Positions 1 to 9,083 of a stretch of DNA of 63,224 nucleotides are shown one piece after another. The stretch lies in contig BLSG01000397.1 of NCBI GenBank assembly GCA_012862495.1, positions 75,066-138,289 of the forward strand, read 5' to 3'. The notes under the pieces were generated by a model. That model was given only the letters and a program-made list of their open reading frames with translations. It was not told the DNA's origin and searched no databases. How positions within the stretch are numbered: position 1 is the first letter of the stretch; each line of letters starts with the position of its first letter. Position numbers and translations under genes: made by a program. Origin of the DNA: Thraustochytrium aureum. Taxonomy: Eukaryota.

Positions 1-1
1 C

Positions 2-1333
2 AACAGCGTCCGGGGCCGGCGCCGGCGCCGGAGCGGCTTTGTCCTCGCCCGCCCCGTTCTCCTCGGACGGGGCACAGTCCGAAGTGTCGGCCACCTCGCC
101 CGCCTTGTCCCCGCCCGACACGTCGTCGTCAGCCGCAAGTTGGGAGGCAGCCTCAACGGTGCCCTGCAGCAGCTTCTTCATGCGGTTCTGCGCAATGACA
201 GCGTTAATGCCGGCCTTGAGACGGCGCTTGTTGAGCATGTTCTGCAAGCCCGGCTGCACGCTGACCAGCTTGCCCGTGACCTGGGCCTTGAGCCACTCGT
301 GGTCAAGGAGCTGGTCGATGGTGAGCCGCTGAGCGCCATTCACCAAGAGCAGTTTTCGGATAAGGTCCTTGGCGGACTCGGAAACCGCGCTCCAGTACTC
401 CTCGTCGAACTGGAACTTTGCATTGCGGATCTGGCTGAACAGCTCCTTTTGGTTTTCGTGGTGGAAAGGCGGGTACCCACACAGGAGGATGTAGATGATG
501 ACGCCGAACGACCACATGTCGACCTCGCGGCCGTACTTTTTCCCGTTGAGAATCTCCGGCGCCACATAGCCCGGCGTCCCGCACGAGGTTGACAGCGCGT
601 CATCGCTCGACGTGTCATACTGCTTGGCGAAGCCAAAGTCGGCGATCTTGATGCTCTCGTCGTCGTCTTTGCTAGTAAGCAGAATGTTTTCCGGCTTGAG
701 GTCCCGGTGCACCACGCCGCGGTCGTGGCAGTACTTTATCGCTTTTGCGATCGTGCGCACGAGGTTTTGCGCGTCTTCCTCACTGTAAAACTCCTTGGCG
801 ATGATTCGATCAAAGAGCTCGCCGCCCCCCACGAACTCGGTCACGATGTAGTACATCTTCTCTTTGGGCTCCTCGTAAAACCCGTAGAGCTTGATGATGT
901 GCGGCGAGTCCATGCCCTTGAGGATGGCAGTCTCCACCTTGAGCGCCTCGCGGTCCTCGTGGGTCAAGGAAGCCTCCTTGATGCACTTGATCGCGTACAC
1001 CTCGGTCGTGCCCTTGCGCACGCCCTTGCGCACCACCGAGTAGTTGCCTCGCCCCAGCGTCTCGCCCAACGTGTACACGCTGTGGAAGGGCTCCTTCTCC
1101 ACCAGATCCTTGAGATCCATCTTGTCGGCATTGAGGACGTTCAAGCCGCCAGGCCCGTCCCCAGCAACCTCGAGGGCGGCGGACGCCGGCGGGCCCGACA
1201 TGGCCGCCTTGGCCGCCTTGGCAGCGTCAACGGCTTCCGCAGCGGTTGGCGGCACTTGCGGCGTGTTGCCCTGAAACTGAGCGGTGTCGTTGCTCCTCTT
1301 CGCGCTCGCATCCTTGCCGTTCGTGCACCCCAT
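2..1333 (-). CDS. Ca2+/calmodulin-dependent (CaMK1-like) Ser/Thr kinase, 3' end beyond window
   Basis: Manual translation; absent from the ORF track because there is no stop in the window. Reads MGCTNGK..., LGRGNYSVV, YAIKCI, GGELFDRII, HRDLKPEN, KIADFG, CGTPGYVAPE, DMWSFGVIIYILLCGYPPF, then a basic CaM-binding-like helix RRLKAGINAVIAQNRM. ATG in CAAGATG context. Confidence 0.93.
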   Translation of the reverse strand, partial: MGCTNGKDASAKRSNDTAQFQGNTPQVPPTAAEAVDAAKAAKAAMSGPPASAALEVAGDGPGGLNVLNADKMDLKDLVEKEPFHSVYTLGETLGRGNYSVVRKGVRKGTTEVYAIKCIKEASLTHEDREALKVETAILKGMDSPHIIKLYGFYEEPKEKMYYIVTEFVGGGELFDRIIAKEFYSEEDAQNLVRTIAKAIKYCHDRGVVHRDLKPENILLTSKDDDESIKIADFGFAKQYDTSSDDALSTSCGTPGYVAPEILNGKKYGREVDMWSFGVIIYILLCGYPPFHHENQKELFSQIRNAKFQFDEEYWSAVSESAKDLIRKLLLVNGAQRLTIDQLLDHEWLKAQVTGKLVSVQPGLQNMLNKRRLKAGINAVIAQNRMKKLLQGTVEAASQLAADDDVSGGDKAGEVADTSDCAPSEENGAGEDKAAPAPAPAPDAV

Positions 1334-1686
1334 CTTGCCCTCCAGCTGCCGGCTCTGCGCCTGCCTCAACCCAGCGCTCTCCAGCCCGCGCAGCAAAACC
1401 AACCACCTCAACTGACTCCAAACGACCGACTGGCCGGCTTATAGCGCTCTCCGCGGCGCGCAGCCTTTGGCGGTGCGCTGCACACTCGGGCTCTCGCGTC
1501 CGCGCGGCCCTCAGCCGATACCCGCTTCCAACCAGCCGCAGGATGCAGCGCCGCGCGGCCCGGTGCGTTGCGGCTCTGCTCGGCTCTGTTCTGCTCGCTG
1601 CTCCTGCGGCGCCTCCTTTCTCCCTCCCCCTTGGCCACCTTAAACGCCCTATCCACATCGCGCGATTTTACCCCTGGAGTAAGGCG

Positions 1687-1722
1687 CGAACGAACGAACG
1701 AACGAACGAACCTACGAACGAA
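1687..1722. repeat. (GAAC)n microsatellite
   Basis: cgaacgaacgaacgaacgaacgaacc visible upstream of the kinase. Confidence 0.85.
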
Positions 1723-1834
1723 ATCTTTCTTTCTTGATTGATCTTGATTGAAAGATTTATTTCAAGACTTTGAAAGCAATCTTGATTTTGAAAAGATTCT
1801 CGCGAGCGGCTCGGATCCCGATCGCCTTGCTCGT

Positions 1835-1870
1835 CTGGCTGGCTGGCTGGCCTGCTGGCTGGCTGGCTGG
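1835..1870. repeat. (GGCT)n microsatellite
   Basis: ctggctggctggctggcctgctggctggctggctgg; a similar tract lies at 12584-12626. Confidence 0.85.
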
Positions 1871-2504
1871 GGCACGCAGGCTTCGCCTGGTTGTCTCCAG
1901 CTGCTCCTCCCACCAAGAGGTGGCTTGGTGCGACAATTTCGAACTGCGGGCAACTTTGTCACGGACGTTTCGTGTCAGCGGTGCAAGGCCACGGTTCGTC
2001 AGGCTCTTCGCCATCTTCTGACGTGTGGCTGCCCGAGTCAGTCCGGTTCCTATGGGCCCGGTCTGGGCGCCCTTCAGCTCGCGGCCTTCGTCGCGCGCAG
2101 AGATGCCCCGTCACTGGCTGCTTTAGGAGGCAGTCAACGCCATGGCCCATCAATCCAATGAAAGTTCTCGCGAGCGGATCCCGATCTGCTTCCTCGTCAG
2201 GCTGGGCTGGCAGGCTGGCTGGATACGCAAGAGCCCGCCACGCTGCCGCCGCGCGCGCCGGGGCGCTCTGCTTGTCGTTTGCTTTGCCTCTGTACGCAGG
2301 GCTGGCTGGCAAGGTCCGACTTTAGTTTACTCGGCTCTAGCTAGAGCCCGCCGGCCAGCGGACATCAACTTGAGTCGACCGCGACCTGGTTTTGCGTGCT
2401 TGCTTGGCCAAGCGCTGGCTCGAGGAGCTCTCCAGCTCGAGTCACCAGCGGCGCCACCACATTTGCTCAAGGGCTACAAACGAGGCTCACGGACACAGCT
2501 CGTC

Positions 2505-3098
2505 TCACGCCAAAGCCGCACGGCAGGCCGCGACCACTTTCGGGCGGCGTGGATCCAGAACCATTGCAGTGAGCGCATTCCCGGCGGCAAGTCCAGCAGT
2601 GAGGTGCAAGAGCGCGGCGACATGATCGCCAACCTCCTCCTCCTCCTCCTCCTCCTCACTGTACTCGTCCAGCTGAAAAGCAAGCGAGTCCGCAAGTACC
2701 TCGCAAACCTTTCGCTGGTCGGCCAGGGTGCCAAAGTACGCGAGCGCACCAGCGGCCATCACGTTCCACGACGGTTCAAAGCTCGACGTTGTGAGCGGTT
2801 GGTGATCCAAAAACGCGCGCTCCAACGCGCCCAACGCCGCGTCGAGGTGGTCGCCGCGGGTCTCCTCGCGCGCAAGGTTCCACACGAGCGCTGTGACCGC
2901 AACATCCTTCGCCACCGTGGCAAGGGCTTTGAGTGCGGAAACGTAGGAGGCGTTGTCAAGCAAAAGGCGCCGCGCATGCTTGAAGGCAGCAGATGCGGCG
3001 AGGAGGACCTGCGCAGCCTCCTGTGATTCGTCGAGCGTGTCCGCGTCCGCCGGGCGAGTTGGATCTAGCCCGGCTGCAGGGACAAGCCAGCGGCGCAT
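2505..3098 (-). CDS. hypothetical helical protein with poly-Glu tract
   Basis: ORF MRRWLVP...; Ala/Leu-rich protein-like composition with EEEEEEEE; no family recognised; C-terminus uncertain. Confidence 0.4.
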   Translation of the reverse strand: MRRWLVPAAGLDPTRPADADTLDESQEAAQVLLAASAAFKHARRLLLDNASYVSALKALATVAKDVAVTALVWNLAREETRGDHLDAALGALERAFLDHQPLTTSSFEPSWNVMAAGALAYFGTLADQRKVCEVLADSLAFQLDEYSEEEEEEEEVGDHVAALLHLTAGLAAGNALTAMVLDPRRPKVVAACRAALA

Positions 3099-3183
3099 GA
3101 TTGAGTTGACCAAGAACGAAACCTTGCCGTGCACTACCGAACCGCTGGCAGCATCGCCACTGACGTCTTCAGAAGTTTCCGCC

Positions 3184-4875
3184 TCAACCAGAAAACGACA
3201 AGAGAGACTCGAGGTAGTCCACGTCGGGCTCTGCCAAGTCGCGGACAGAATCCTTGAGGTCGTCCAGTGAACGCAACGCAAGCTTCGCGACAAAAGCGTC
3301 CGCTGGCCCCGACCCCTCGGAATCTTGGGCCCCCTGGATCTCTTGCCAGAGCGGAAGCAGGTGAACGAGCTCGGCTTTCGTCCCACTGCCGCACCTTTCC
3401 CCAATAGCAGCGGGCCACCCCTGCATTTCGGCAAACCACGTGGGCTGGACCTCGCCGCCGACAGCCATGTTTGCGCACAAGGCTTTTGGATTGAATGGTG
3501 TGCGCGAGACGCGGTCGTCCCAGAACCCGACCATCAAGGTCAGCCGCGCGCGCGAGGTCTTTGCAGCGGCGGCCTCGCCGCTGCTGCGCGAGCGGCCAAT
3601 CGCGGCGATGTGGGGAACAACAGCGTGCAAGAGGCTGCCATCGAAAGCCGCAACGCGTCCATCGCGTGGCTCGACTAGCCAGCCCTCTTGCGAGGCCTCT
3701 TCGCCGGGCCTCTGCCCGGTGATCAGCGTCGGGGCGCTCGTGTCACCCTCATCCAGGTAGGTGACCGTGGAGGTGATCGGACAGTGCAGGCCGTGCCCCT
3801 CTTGCAGGCGTCGCTCATCGGTGTCCCAGTGCATTTGGTGCGCTGACATGCCGTCGCGGCGGTGCACCCACCACTCGGCGAACCGCGCGCCGGCGGTCTC
3901 GGGGCGATGCTCGGAGACGAGAGGGAGCAGTACGTGGCGGACAAAGGCTTCCACGCCAGTCTTCGGCTCTGAGGCAAGGTCGTAGCAGAACGAAAAGTAC
4001 CCGCACTCGGGGCTGCCGTAATCGTTGGCCTTCCAGTAGGTGGCGTTCGGCCCGAACGCGCAGTCAGAGGCGAGATACTCGACAGCGTCTCGGTCTATCG
4101 CGCCGTCGATTGCGACCGCGACTTGGCAATCCGCAGTCTTGTTGCCAGGTTGAGGCTGGAAAGCGCCGGTGCAGAGTCTGAACGCGAACCCAAGGCTTCG
4201 CAAATGCTCGTCTGCCTCGGGCTCGCGTCCCGGCTGAGAGAGACGCAGCAGCGCAAGCGTGTACGCGGCAGATTGCTTCGGAGAGAGCTCCGGGCCGCTC
4301 TCCTGCTCTTCTTCATCGTCGTCCTCGCTGTCGGCGTCGCGGCTCGCCTCAGCCTGTCGACTAGCCACGCCGGCGTGGTCATCCTCGCCTCCGTTCGGGC
4401 TTGGGACTGATAGAGCACGTTCAAGGAGCTGTTCTGCACGCGCAAGCGAGCCGCCTGAGCGGAGCTCGAGCTCGGCGAGCTCGACGAGCACTNNNNNNNN
4501 NNNNNNNNNNNNNNNNNNNNNNNNNNNNNNNNNNNNNNNNNNNNNNNNNNNNNNNNNNNNNNNNNNNNNNNNNNNNNNNNNNNNNNNNNNNNNNNNNNNN
4601 NNNNNNNNNNNNNNNNNNNNNNNNNNNNNNNNNNNNNNNNNNNNNNNNNNNNNNNNNNNNNNNNNNNNNNNNNNNNNNNNNNNNNNNNNNNNNNNNNNNN
4701 NNNNNNNNNNNNNNNNNNNNNNNNNNNNNNNNNNNNNNNNNNNNNNNNNNNNNNNNNNNNNNNNNNNNNNNNNNNNNNNNNNNNNNNNNNNNNNNNNNNN
4801 NNNNNNNNNNNNNNNNNNNNNNNNNNNNNNNNNNNNNNNTGCTCTTGGCGACTGCTCCATTGCTTGGTCCGCCAT
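3184..4875 (-). CDS. 2OG-Fe(II) oxygenase-like protein with N-terminal TPR-like helices (spans gap 4493-4839)
   Basis: AEWWVH..HQMHWDTDE (HxD), STVTYL, PTLI, FDGSLLHAV (distal His), RLTLMVGFW (Arg); TPR-like LAELELR..ARAEQLLERAL; ATG at 4875 (MADQAMEQ). Confidence 0.72.
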   Translation of the reverse strand: MADQAMEQSPRAXXXXXXXXXXXXXXXXXXXXXXXXXXXXXXXXXXXXXXXXXXXXXXXXXXXXXXXXXXXXXXXXXXXXXXXXXXXXXXXXXXXXXXXXXXXXXXXXXXXXXXXXXXXXXXXXXXXXVLVELAELELRSGGSLARAEQLLERALSVPSPNGGEDDHAGVASRQAEASRDADSEDDDEEEQESGPELSPKQSAAYTLALLRLSQPGREPEADEHLRSLGFAFRLCTGAFQPQPGNKTADCQVAVAIDGAIDRDAVEYLASDCAFGPNATYWKANDYGSPECGYFSFCYDLASEPKTGVEAFVRHVLLPLVSEHRPETAGARFAEWWVHRRDGMSAHQMHWDTDERRLQEGHGLHCPITSTVTYLDEGDTSAPTLITGQRPGEEASQEGWLVEPRDGRVAAFDGSLLHAVVPHIAAIGRSRSSGEAAAAKTSRARLTLMVGFWDDRVSRTPFNPKALCANMAVGGEVQPTWFAEMQGWPAAIGERCGSGTKAELVHLLPLWQEIQGAQDSEGSGPADAFVAKLALRSLDDLKDSVRDLAEPDVDYLESLLSFSG

Positions 4876-4920
4876 CGCCTGGCCCTCTCGCGGATACACT
4901 CACGACACCTGCAGTCCCCC

Positions 4921-5097
4921 GTGACGCGCGCCCGGCCGTCTTCCGCGCTGCTCGAGCGTGACGCGCTGTGCCCCCCTCGTGACGTGACCTCGGTCTTGGC
5001 GGGCCCGCCCACGACACGCGGGTTCCAAAGTGACGCAGTTAGCGGCCGGGAGAAAGCGCGCCGCGGCCGGGCGCGTCACGCGTGATCCTGTGTGACG
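4921..5097. promoter_or_regulatory. putative bidirectional promoter with six GTGACG/CGTCAC motifs
   Basis: GTGACG at 4921, 4958, 4979, 5030 and 5092, CGTCAC at 5074, between divergent starts at 4875(-) and 5306(+). Confidence 0.45.
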
Positions 5098-5305
5098 TGC
5101 CGCGCGGCTGCGTCCGTCGAGTGGCTCCTGGCGGCGAAGCAGACGCAGCAGCGCAGCGGCGGAGCAGCGAGCGGAGCAGCGCGGCAAGGGCGCACGCAAG
5201 GGCGGGCGCAAGGAGGGCGTGTGAAAAGGGCGGGGGAGGGCGAGGGGCGCGAGGCGCGGAGGTGGCGTGCCGGCTCCGGAGCGCCTGCGGACGAGAGACG
5301 GCGCG

Positions 5306-6067
5306 ATGGCTTCCGCGGTGGTGAAAAACTCGGTCCAGACCGCTCGCGTGCTGCGCGTGTTTGCCAGACCGCCGCGCGACCATTTGAGCGAGACGAGCTT
5401 GTCCTATGGGAAGAATCACTCGTACTGGATGCGCGAAAAGTTTTCGCTGCTGCCAAGCGTCGTTTACGGAGGCCCGGGCAACAACCTCCAAAAGCTCGCG
5501 ACGCGGCTCAAGGACGTCACGCACCTGTTTGAGGAGCGCAAGAAATCCATTCACAACACGCTGGTGCGGCTGTGCAAAGAGGATGGATCCGAGGAGCTCG
5601 TCCTGCCCCGCCAGCTGCAAATCCACAACACCAAGTTGTACCCGATGACTGTCAATTTTTTGCGGTACGATCCCGTGGTTGGCGCGCGGATGGAAATGCC
5701 AATCGAGTTTGAGGAAAAGGAGCACTGCATCGGGATCAAGCGCGGCGGCTGGCTCAACGTCTGCACGCGGTCGGTGACCGTCCACGTGCGTGGGGAAGAG
5801 ATTCCAGACAGCATCAAGGTGAACATCCGTCACCTCGACGTCGGCAAGCGCGTGCGTTGGGTGGACCTGGACATCCCGGAAAACATCCGCCTAGTTGGAC
5901 GCAACCCGCGCGAGGTTCACGTGACGCTCTGCACGATTAAAGGCAAATACTCGCTGGCTCGGCAGGCCAAGCTCGAGGAGCGCGCGCGTCTTCGGAATGA
6001 GCCCGTCCCGCTCTTTAGCAAGGACGACTTTGAGGCCGAGGACTCTGACGACGAGGACTTTATTTGA
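5306..6067 (+). CDS. ribosomal protein bL25 (Ctc/TL5 type), probably mitochondrial
   Basis: LPSVVYGG, VLPRQLQIH...VNFLRY, MPIEF..CIGIKRGGWL, IPDSIKVNIRHLDVGKRVRWVDL match the two-domain L25/TL5_C pattern. Confidence 0.85.
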   Translation: MASAVVKNSVQTARVLRVFARPPRDHLSETSLSYGKNHSYWMREKFSLLPSVVYGGPGNNLQKLATRLKDVTHLFEERKKSIHNTLVRLCKEDGSEELVLPRQLQIHNTKLYPMTVNFLRYDPVVGARMEMPIEFEEKEHCIGIKRGGWLNVCTRSVTVHVRGEEIPDSIKVNIRHLDVGKRVRWVDLDIPENIRLVGRNPREVHVTLCTIKGKYSLARQAKLEERARLRNEPVPLFSKDDFEAEDSDDEDFI

Positions 6068-6428
6068 CAACTGCGCTCGACGCCTGCATGTTTTTTCTTG
6101 TTTGATTCGCTTGCCTTGCCCGCGCTCGCGTTTGTTGGCACGAAGAGCAGGCAACCACTACCACTCAAGCTGGACGGTCTTGGGAGGAATCGCGCGCTGC
6201 TCGCCTGCGCATTAGCATGCGTTTTCCGTTGCAATCTACTCCAACCTCGCTCTCAGAAGAGAAGCGTTGTTCATCCGCGCCTTTCTTGAAACGAACGACT
6301 GCGCTCGCAACCCACAAACAGCGCGGCGCTCCACTTTGAAGTGCGGCCCGGCCCATTGCTTTGACAATGGGCCTGCCTTTTCTTCGGTGAAACCCCCGTT
6401 CAGCCTGTTCTCCTGTGGGTGGGGCCTT

Positions 6429-7448
6429 TCAGGCCAGTTTGAGCTCAAACGAACCGTCCAGCTCGCCCGCGTCGGCACGCGAAGTGCCAGCGCCACCTAC
6501 GTCCTCGTCGTCCTCCTCGCTCCCAAAGGGCCCGTTTACGTCGCTCTCCGAGCCCAGCCTGTCACTAAGGCCCATGTTGCCCGTGTCCACATCCGAGGAG
6601 AAGCGGCGGCGATGCGCCAATGCGCGTTCCTTGGACGCCGCTTTCCGAGCCTGAATCGCGCCGCAAGCTTTGCGTGAGGCGAAAACAGCCACAAGGAGCA
6701 CTTGCCACCAGCCAATGATAGCCATCACGTGCCAGTTGGTCCCGCAGGCGTACTGGCCTTGGCAGGCCCTTGTCTGGTTGACGGTCCCCTGCACGGGTCC
6801 GCCGAGCTCGTCTTCGCACGGGAGGCCACCGTACTCTGGCGCAGAGCAAACGAGAACACGGGTCTGGGTCCCGGTGCCGCAACCGTTGGAGCACCGCGAC
6901 CAAGGCTCGGTCAGCGTCAGCTTGCCGTCGATCGGGACGAATGGTGCCAACTCCACCTTGAGGCTGCTGATCTGGAGGCTGCTGCCTGGCTCTGCGTTGC
7001 TAATAGTCAGGTTGGCGATGAAGGGGAACTTGCCGGGCTTGTAAACGCAAGACTCGCTCGAGCAGGGCTTGCTCAGCTCGCTCTCTTGCGTCGCAGACTG
7101 TGGCAACGCTTCGAGGACAGCAGTCGTCCCTTGCGCTTGTTGGAACGAGACCGACTTGACACGAAAGACCGCGCCGAAGCGGTACTCCAGCCGCTCGCCG
7201 GACCACGCGGGCAGCACTGAGCCCGGCAGTACGTTGCGCGGCTCCGTGACGAGGTTGGTCGCTGTTTTGCCGCACTTGGCTGCGGCTGCGCGGCGATCCT
7301 CTGGGCGTTGTTGCGGACACGACTTGCCAGCCTCGCCGACGGGCAGGCAGGTGGCGCTCGTCGCGCAATACGCGCAGGCCTCTCCGTTCATCGCCGCGAA
7401 GCAGAGGCAGGCGTTGTTGTTGAACGCGGCGCAGCCCTGGGCTTCCAT
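6429..7448 (-). CDS. single-pass membrane protein with Cys-rich (PSI-like) N-terminus and thrombospondin type-1 repeat
   Basis: WSRCSNGCGTGTQTRVLVC..PEYGGLPC...TRAC (TSP1); CAYCATSATCLP; TM MAIIGWWQVLLVAVFA; CAAGATG start. Confidence 0.75.
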   Translation of the reverse strand: MEAQGCAAFNNNACLCFAAMNGEACAYCATSATCLPVGEAGKSCPQQRPEDRRAAAAKCGKTATNLVTEPRNVLPGSVLPAWSGERLEYRFGAVFRVKSVSFQQAQGTTAVLEALPQSATQESELSKPCSSESCVYKPGKFPFIANLTISNAEPGSSLQISSLKVELAPFVPIDGKLTLTEPWSRCSNGCGTGTQTRVLVCSAPEYGGLPCEDELGGPVQGTVNQTRACQGQYACGTNWHVMAIIGWWQVLLVAVFASRKACGAIQARKAASKERALAHRRRFSSDVDTGNMGLSDRLGSESDVNGPFGSEEDDEDVGGAGTSRADAGELDGSFELKLA

Positions 7449-7842
7449 CTTGGATGCGGTTGTGCGAAAACTATCTTGCTGTTGCCCACTCGGCCGCTCG
7501 CTCGCTCGCTCGCTCGCTTGCACAGAGCCTGCCGGTCTGCGCGCGGGCGGGCCCTACGCGCCGGGCCGTCGGGCGAGCAAGTCCTTGCGCGTGGTTGCGC
7601 GGCGAACAGCTCAGCTCGAGGGGCTGGCCGGCCGACAGGTCTCGCTGTCCGAGCAGCTCGCGAATCGCCCGTGCGGCCTGGGTGGAGCGCCGCGGGAGAC
7701 AGCGGCGGCCCCTGCCTTGCGGCAACTCGCAAGCGGTCCGGCAGGCGGCTGGGCGACTGGCTGGCGGCTGGCTGGCGGCCGGCAGGCCGGCTGGCTGGCG
7801 TGCGGTGACGAAGAAAACGAACGATTTGATTTGGCGATTGGC

Positions 7843-8067
7843 CTACGAGTCACTTGCAAGCAGCTCGGCGCAGACGCTGGCGCGGAGCTGCGGCGCGAGC
7901 GCGCGGCGCGGCCCGTTACTTGCCCTGCGGCTTGCTTTGCTGTCGCTGCCGTTCACGGCGTCCTTGACGTGGTCGACGGTCGTCTCCCCGACGGCCTTTG
8001 CCGCAGCGCCAGCGGACTTGATGCAGCAGCAGCACAGGGACTTTTGCCACTCGGTGAGCAGCGGCAT
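7843..8067 (-). CDS. small protein with CCCC cysteine string
   Basis: CAAGATG start; MPLLTEWQKSLCCCCIKSAGAAAKAVGETTVDHVKDAVNG; GC3-rich codons in the 5' half. Confidence 0.45.
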   Translation of the reverse strand: MPLLTEWQKSLCCCCIKSAGAAAKAVGETTVDHVKDAVNGSDSKASRRASNGPRRALAPQLRASVCAELLASDS

Positions 8068-8363
8068 CTTGCCTTGCTTGTCGCCTCCCGCTTCCTGCGC
8101 CGCGCTCGAGCTGGTCTCAGCACGACGCCCTGACCACTCGCCTGCTCGCGTGTCGCTCGCTCGCTCGCTCGATTGCTTGATTGAATGCTCGCTCGATGCG
8201 GATCTGCAAGCAAGGCAGGCACCCGGACATCTCTCTGGAGTCACGGCGAAGAGTGGACGTGTGCACACGAGCCAACTTGTCGGCCCTCACGAGCATGCCA
8301 TGCCGTCCATGCTCGCAGCCACCTTGCTGAGCCACGCGACCGCTTCCGGCAGGACAGGTGTGC

Positions 8364-8435
8364 ATCGTGAACAACTCTTTGATCGTGAACAACTACGAGC
8401 TCGTGAGCAACTCTTTGATCGAAAACCACTGCAGA
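8364..8435. repeat. 18-bp minisatellite, about 4 degenerate units
   Basis: atcgtgaacaactctttg / atcgtgaacaactacgag / ctcgtgagcaactctttg / atcgaaaaccactgcaga. Confidence 0.7.
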
Positions 8436-9083
8436 ACAGCTCGTTGATCGTCGCCCAAGTTTGTGGCACCTCGTGAAGCTGATGGGCTTTTGGTGAGATG
8501 TTTCGGCTTCGGTGCTCTGCGCCAACGCACCAGCAGCTGACCAGCGCGCGCTCACGCGGCCCAGCTGTCCGAGTGCGCAACTTAGTGGGAGTACAGTACT
8601 CATGAACTCATCACGATGATCCGGCGAGGGCCGTCGACTTGTTCCCGTCGAGAATGGCGCAGGCGCGACACTGTCGGGTGGAGAAAATGCATCTCCAAGT
8701 TCCATGAGACCGGATTTTGGACGTTGCACCTAAGATCTAGCAGCGCAGTCTCCCAGTCACCGAACGCCGCGCCGGAAAAGCACGCACGCACGCACGCACG
8801 CACGCAGCAAGCGACTGCTGTTGTTGCCTGCTTGGACAGAGAGACAGAGAACGAGCCGCGGCGCAGNNNNNNNNNNNNNNNNNNNNNNNNNNNNNNNNNN
8901 NNNNNNNNNNNNNNNNNNNNNNNNNNNNNNNNNNNNNNNNNNNNNNNNNNNNNNNNNNNNNNNNNNNNNNNNNNNNNNNNNNNNNNNNNNNNNNNNNNNN
9001 NNNNNNNNNNNNNNNNNNNNNGCCTGCTTGGACAGAGAGACAGAGAACGAGCCGCGGCGCAGACGAGGCACGCAAGCAGCGAA

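Noticed and set aside
140..1444. Long plus-strand ORFs (150 and 245 aa)
   Set aside because: These are antisense shadows of the minus-strand kinase caused by high GC3. The same applies to ORFs such as 32403..33992, 48004..49341 and 61945..62856.
5306..6067. Bacterial-type bL25 as a recent horizontal transfer
   Set aside because: Nucleus-encoded organellar bL25 is known in several eukaryotic lineages, and endosymbiotic origin is the simpler explanation.
8364..8435. Regularly spaced repeats as a possible CRISPR-like array
   Set aside because: The 18-bp units are contiguous with no spacers, the context is eukaryotic and no cas genes are present.
8826..9062. Identical 41-bp sequence on both sides of the N-gap, resembling a direct repeat or target-site duplication
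   Set aside because: This is the typical unmerged contig overlap. The gap is probably false, so the long N-terminal extension of the OAT ORF (8616-9083) is not real.
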